A stretch of 64,000 bases of DNA, from assembly GCA_002633005.1 (NCBI GenBank), contig NMRA01000793.1, positions 3,106 to 67,105 of the forward strand, written 5' to 3'. Shown here one piece after another: positions 61,901-64,000 of this stretch. The translations under genes and the position numbers were made by a program. The notes under the pieces were generated by a model. The model searched no databases. It was given only the letters and a program-made list of their open reading frames with translations, and was not told the DNA's origin. This stretch comes from Phoronis australis (lineage: Eukaryota > Animalia > Phoronida). The number at the start of each line of letters is the position of its first letter. Within the stretch, counting starts at the first letter, position 1.

Positions 61901-63080
61901 CTTTAGACAACCCGGGCCTTCTTAATCGGCACTCGGATGTCGCCTACTACATGTACCCTCGACTGTATTACTTCCGATGGTCAATAGTCACTGTATTCGA
62001 ACTCGTTGACCTGGACCAGTATCTGTATCAAATTTCGAGTCCTCCTCATGGACCTGGCTACGGACCTACATTACATACATTGTCTTGGTTCCGCCCTTGT
62101 CACGTCACGAGGGCGCTGCCAATGAACATATGTATGGGCCTGGATTCAATATATACTTATCTAGGTTTAATCTTCTTCAGATTTTTTGTGTTGGGCTGTT
62201 CCTTACAACCCTCTCACCAATCTTCGTTCTTAAATTAGTGCCTCTTCAATCCGCCATACTGTGTGTTATGAATAAGAAGTGGACGAATGTTTGGTAGTCA
62301 TTAATCCAGCACAGAACTCCGAAGCATCCGTTTGGAAATCTTCAAGGAATCTTCAACGCGGGGATATTTCTTACTTAGGGTAAATTTGTGAGCTCATGAA
62401 GTCTTTCTCTTACCATCGCAGAACTTCAATTCCTTTACCAAAAAGGCCATCAAAACCACCAGCGACTCAAGAAAACAAAACACTTCATTTGTTTTGGAAT
62501 TGGCCAACACTACAATTCCCAGTTTGGAAATGAAAATGCATCCCATTTTCGCCTACGTGACTTGAGTTGCCTGCGAATTCTGTAGCAAATCAGGATAACC
62601 TAAAGCGCTTTCAGTTAGATATCACAATGGCAACTTTACACCTTTGAAAATTCTCTTCTGGAGTGTACAATATGTGCAATTACAACGTGACACCCGACAT
62701 ATATTGCCACTTTGTGAGGTGAGACAGTGTGTACTGGGTTGCTGAAACACATCGTCGCCTAGGTGGGCCGCAATATGTCGATGTCTACGACGTGTATAAT
62801 CCCATTCGGCATAAATATTGTCGCTGAGACGACAATATGTATCGAGTTCTACAGTAAATGTGAGGATCACCTGCACGTTCGGGAAGAAAACCTGTTGGTT
62901 ATCAATTTGTTATTTCAGGACACACTGATTAGCGAGTTGCTGGAGTTGAACAACGGTAGAGTTGATGCTATACTGAACAACAAAGATGATCCGGAGTTCT
63001 TTAAACGGAACTTACTCAAAGTCCATGTGTATTTTGAAGATTTAAACTATGAAGAAATTAGTCAAAAACCGGAATACACG
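48012..63080 (+). CDS. DEG/ENaC-family channel subunit, paralog B; exons 1-10, 3'-partial (TM2 exon not in window)
   Basis: Exons 48012-48168, 48399-48653, 51391-51535, 56122-56240, 56746-56906, 57489-57599, 58431-58563, 59194-59266, 60107-60164, 62919-63080. Exons 2-10 match gene A in length and phase; no in-frame stops; canonical HG and FPAVTVCN motifs. Confidence 0.92.
48399..48653 (+). CDS. DEG/ENaC B exon 2 (TM1, FPAVTVCN)
   Basis: Within ORF 48389-48721; 255 nt like gene A. Confidence 0.92.
48700..50888. mobile_element. Kolobok-like non-autonomous foldback element with TTAA target-site duplication
   Basis: TTAA|AGGAGAGAGCAAC...GTTGCGTTCTCCT|TTAA; internal inverted arms ~48830-48985 vs ~50615-50810 and ~49345-49520 vs ~50130-50310. 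Confidence 0.7.
51391..51535 (+). CDS. DEG/ENaC B exon 3 (finger region)
   Basis: KRKVHAVYVARLRGSIAGIEEEEKRKAGHQFGDFVIHCKWKEYDCLH. Confidence 0.88.
53480..53970 (-). pseudogene. YqaJ/lambda-exonuclease-like domain remnant of a DNA transposon
   Basis: PAVLHGPMYKPAARAE, AIGLFVCEEELHLTATPASLAGKD and VQGQILGTKRFK*YNFVFTFKDL follow the order of the YqaJ motifs (G..E, GLF....L.ASPDGL, Q.QGQ); stops present. Confidence 0.6.
56122..56240 (+). CDS. DEG/ENaC B exon 4
   Basis: DDFVSFFDPRYGNCFTYNSG...GTGPEHG. Confidence 0.92.
56746..56906 (+). CDS. DEG/ENaC B exon 5
   Basis: [39 protein letters not shown]...GMRQ; the acceptor is GAG. Confidence 0.88.
57489..57599 (+). CDS. DEG/ENaC B exon 6
   Basis: VQICRIGEPHAKCEDPSVSNKSRNLYEEDHGVYYSQQ. 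Confidence 0.9.
58431..58563 (+). CDS. DEG/ENaC B exon 7 (thumb)
   Basis: ACKKSCFQLILKKRCGCYSENYPLQSEGASNFSGDKLCIANEDA. Confidence 0.9.
58623..59020. repeat. (AAG)n and (TAC)n microsatellites
   Basis: Directly visible at ~58624-58660 and ~58840-58920. Confidence 0.95.
59194..59266 (+). CDS. DEG/ENaC B exon 8
   Basis: RCRDNVTLGFVDGETKCDCPLPC|gtaagt. Confidence 0.9.
60107..60164 (+). CDS. DEG/ENaC B exon 9
   Basis: ESTHLLTSSSAKWPSDPYK. Confidence 0.88.
62919..63080 (+). CDS. DEG/ENaC B exon 10
   Basis: DTLISELLEL...FFKRNLLKVHVYFEDLNYEEISQKPEYT. Confidence 0.93.
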
Positions 63081-64000
63081 GTAGGAATTTTTAATGAAAA
63101 GGGAAAACATTTTTTTACTTTTAACATATTTACTCCTAATAAATCAAAATGATGTGCTATCTAAGTCATAATAAACACGCACGCACCACGAACTCACTTA
63201 ATGGTCGCTTAGTTTTTGACGACATAGGTGATGCCGGATGTCAAATGTGTAGTTGGCTGCGACAGAACCCATTAAATCCAAAGAGATGTTTTGGCAGTAT
63301 GTTGAACCTCTGCGGTTTCACACCCGGGGTAGAATTGCTCAGGACCCGTTTTCAACCCATAAATGGAATGACATTTTCTTTATTTTCGCGGAATCGCTTC
63401 GGTGAATCTGAAATCACCGCCGTTCCGTTGTAATTACTGCGGTAAATATAAAATCACCGTGGCAATTTCGAAATCACCGTGACGGCGGAGATTTTCAGAA
63501 CCATCGAGAACACCGATCCTTTGAAGTAAAGATTTAGAGAGTATTATAGAATAATCCTTCAAGCTACATTTCATGTGTATGTTTTACTTTTGACTTTTAG
63601 TAAATCAAGTTTTCGGATTGCCTATATCGGTTGAGGATTTCATTGAATTTCAAGGCATAACCACAGCTCTCAATGCCCATTGCTTCAAACATATATTTTA
63701 ATATGAACTTAAAAGTTCATTTTCTCAAATCAATCCTCTAGTCGAATGCACAGGAATTCATCTAAATTCCAGCAAATTTGGATTGTTTATAAAGGTATTC
63801 CTTTAAACCTCCCATTCAGAGGAGATCACTGTAGGCGAATCTACATTTTTTCGGTCGGATCTGAAACTGGGTGCGCATAGTAACCCCAATCGTCATCAGG
63901 AACAGTTGGAGAATCATTCCATAGCCAATACTCTCTAAGAAGCTTTTCAAAAGATTACTGTTCTCGATCTTCTGGGGTTGTTTAACTTAATTGTAAATAT

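Noticed and set aside
48012-63080. Gene B as an uncollapsed allele of gene A
   Set aside because: About 15-50% amino acid divergence per exon and different intron contents are far beyond allelic differences.

Overview
AT-rich animal (invertebrate-type) genomic DNA with spliceosomal introns and a few assembly Ns. The core is a pair of tandem, same-strand DEG/ENaC (amiloride-sensitive/ASIC-like) cation channel paralogs, which I spliced by hand. Gene A has 11 coding exons (7488-35755), an intact frame and 513 aa. Gene B has exons 1-10 at 48012-63080 with the same exon phases and lengths except a 12-nt longer exon 1; its TM2 exon is not in the window. The paralogs are about 83-87% identical in the TM1 and palm/beta-ball exons but only about 51-59% in the finger and thumb exons. 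Gene A has HA instead of the conserved HG motif and a GWS selectivity filter. Introns and spacers hold many transposon relics: a Maverick/Polinton endogenous virus remnant (protein-primed PolB plus capsid genes), L1/Tx1-like, Hero-like and Penelope retroelements, piggyBac, Academ-like, a YqaJ-bearing remnant, a Kolobok-like foldback, a tandem Helentron/HINE, MITEs and a hierarchical minisatellite. All family calls come from motifs recognised by eye; no searches were run.
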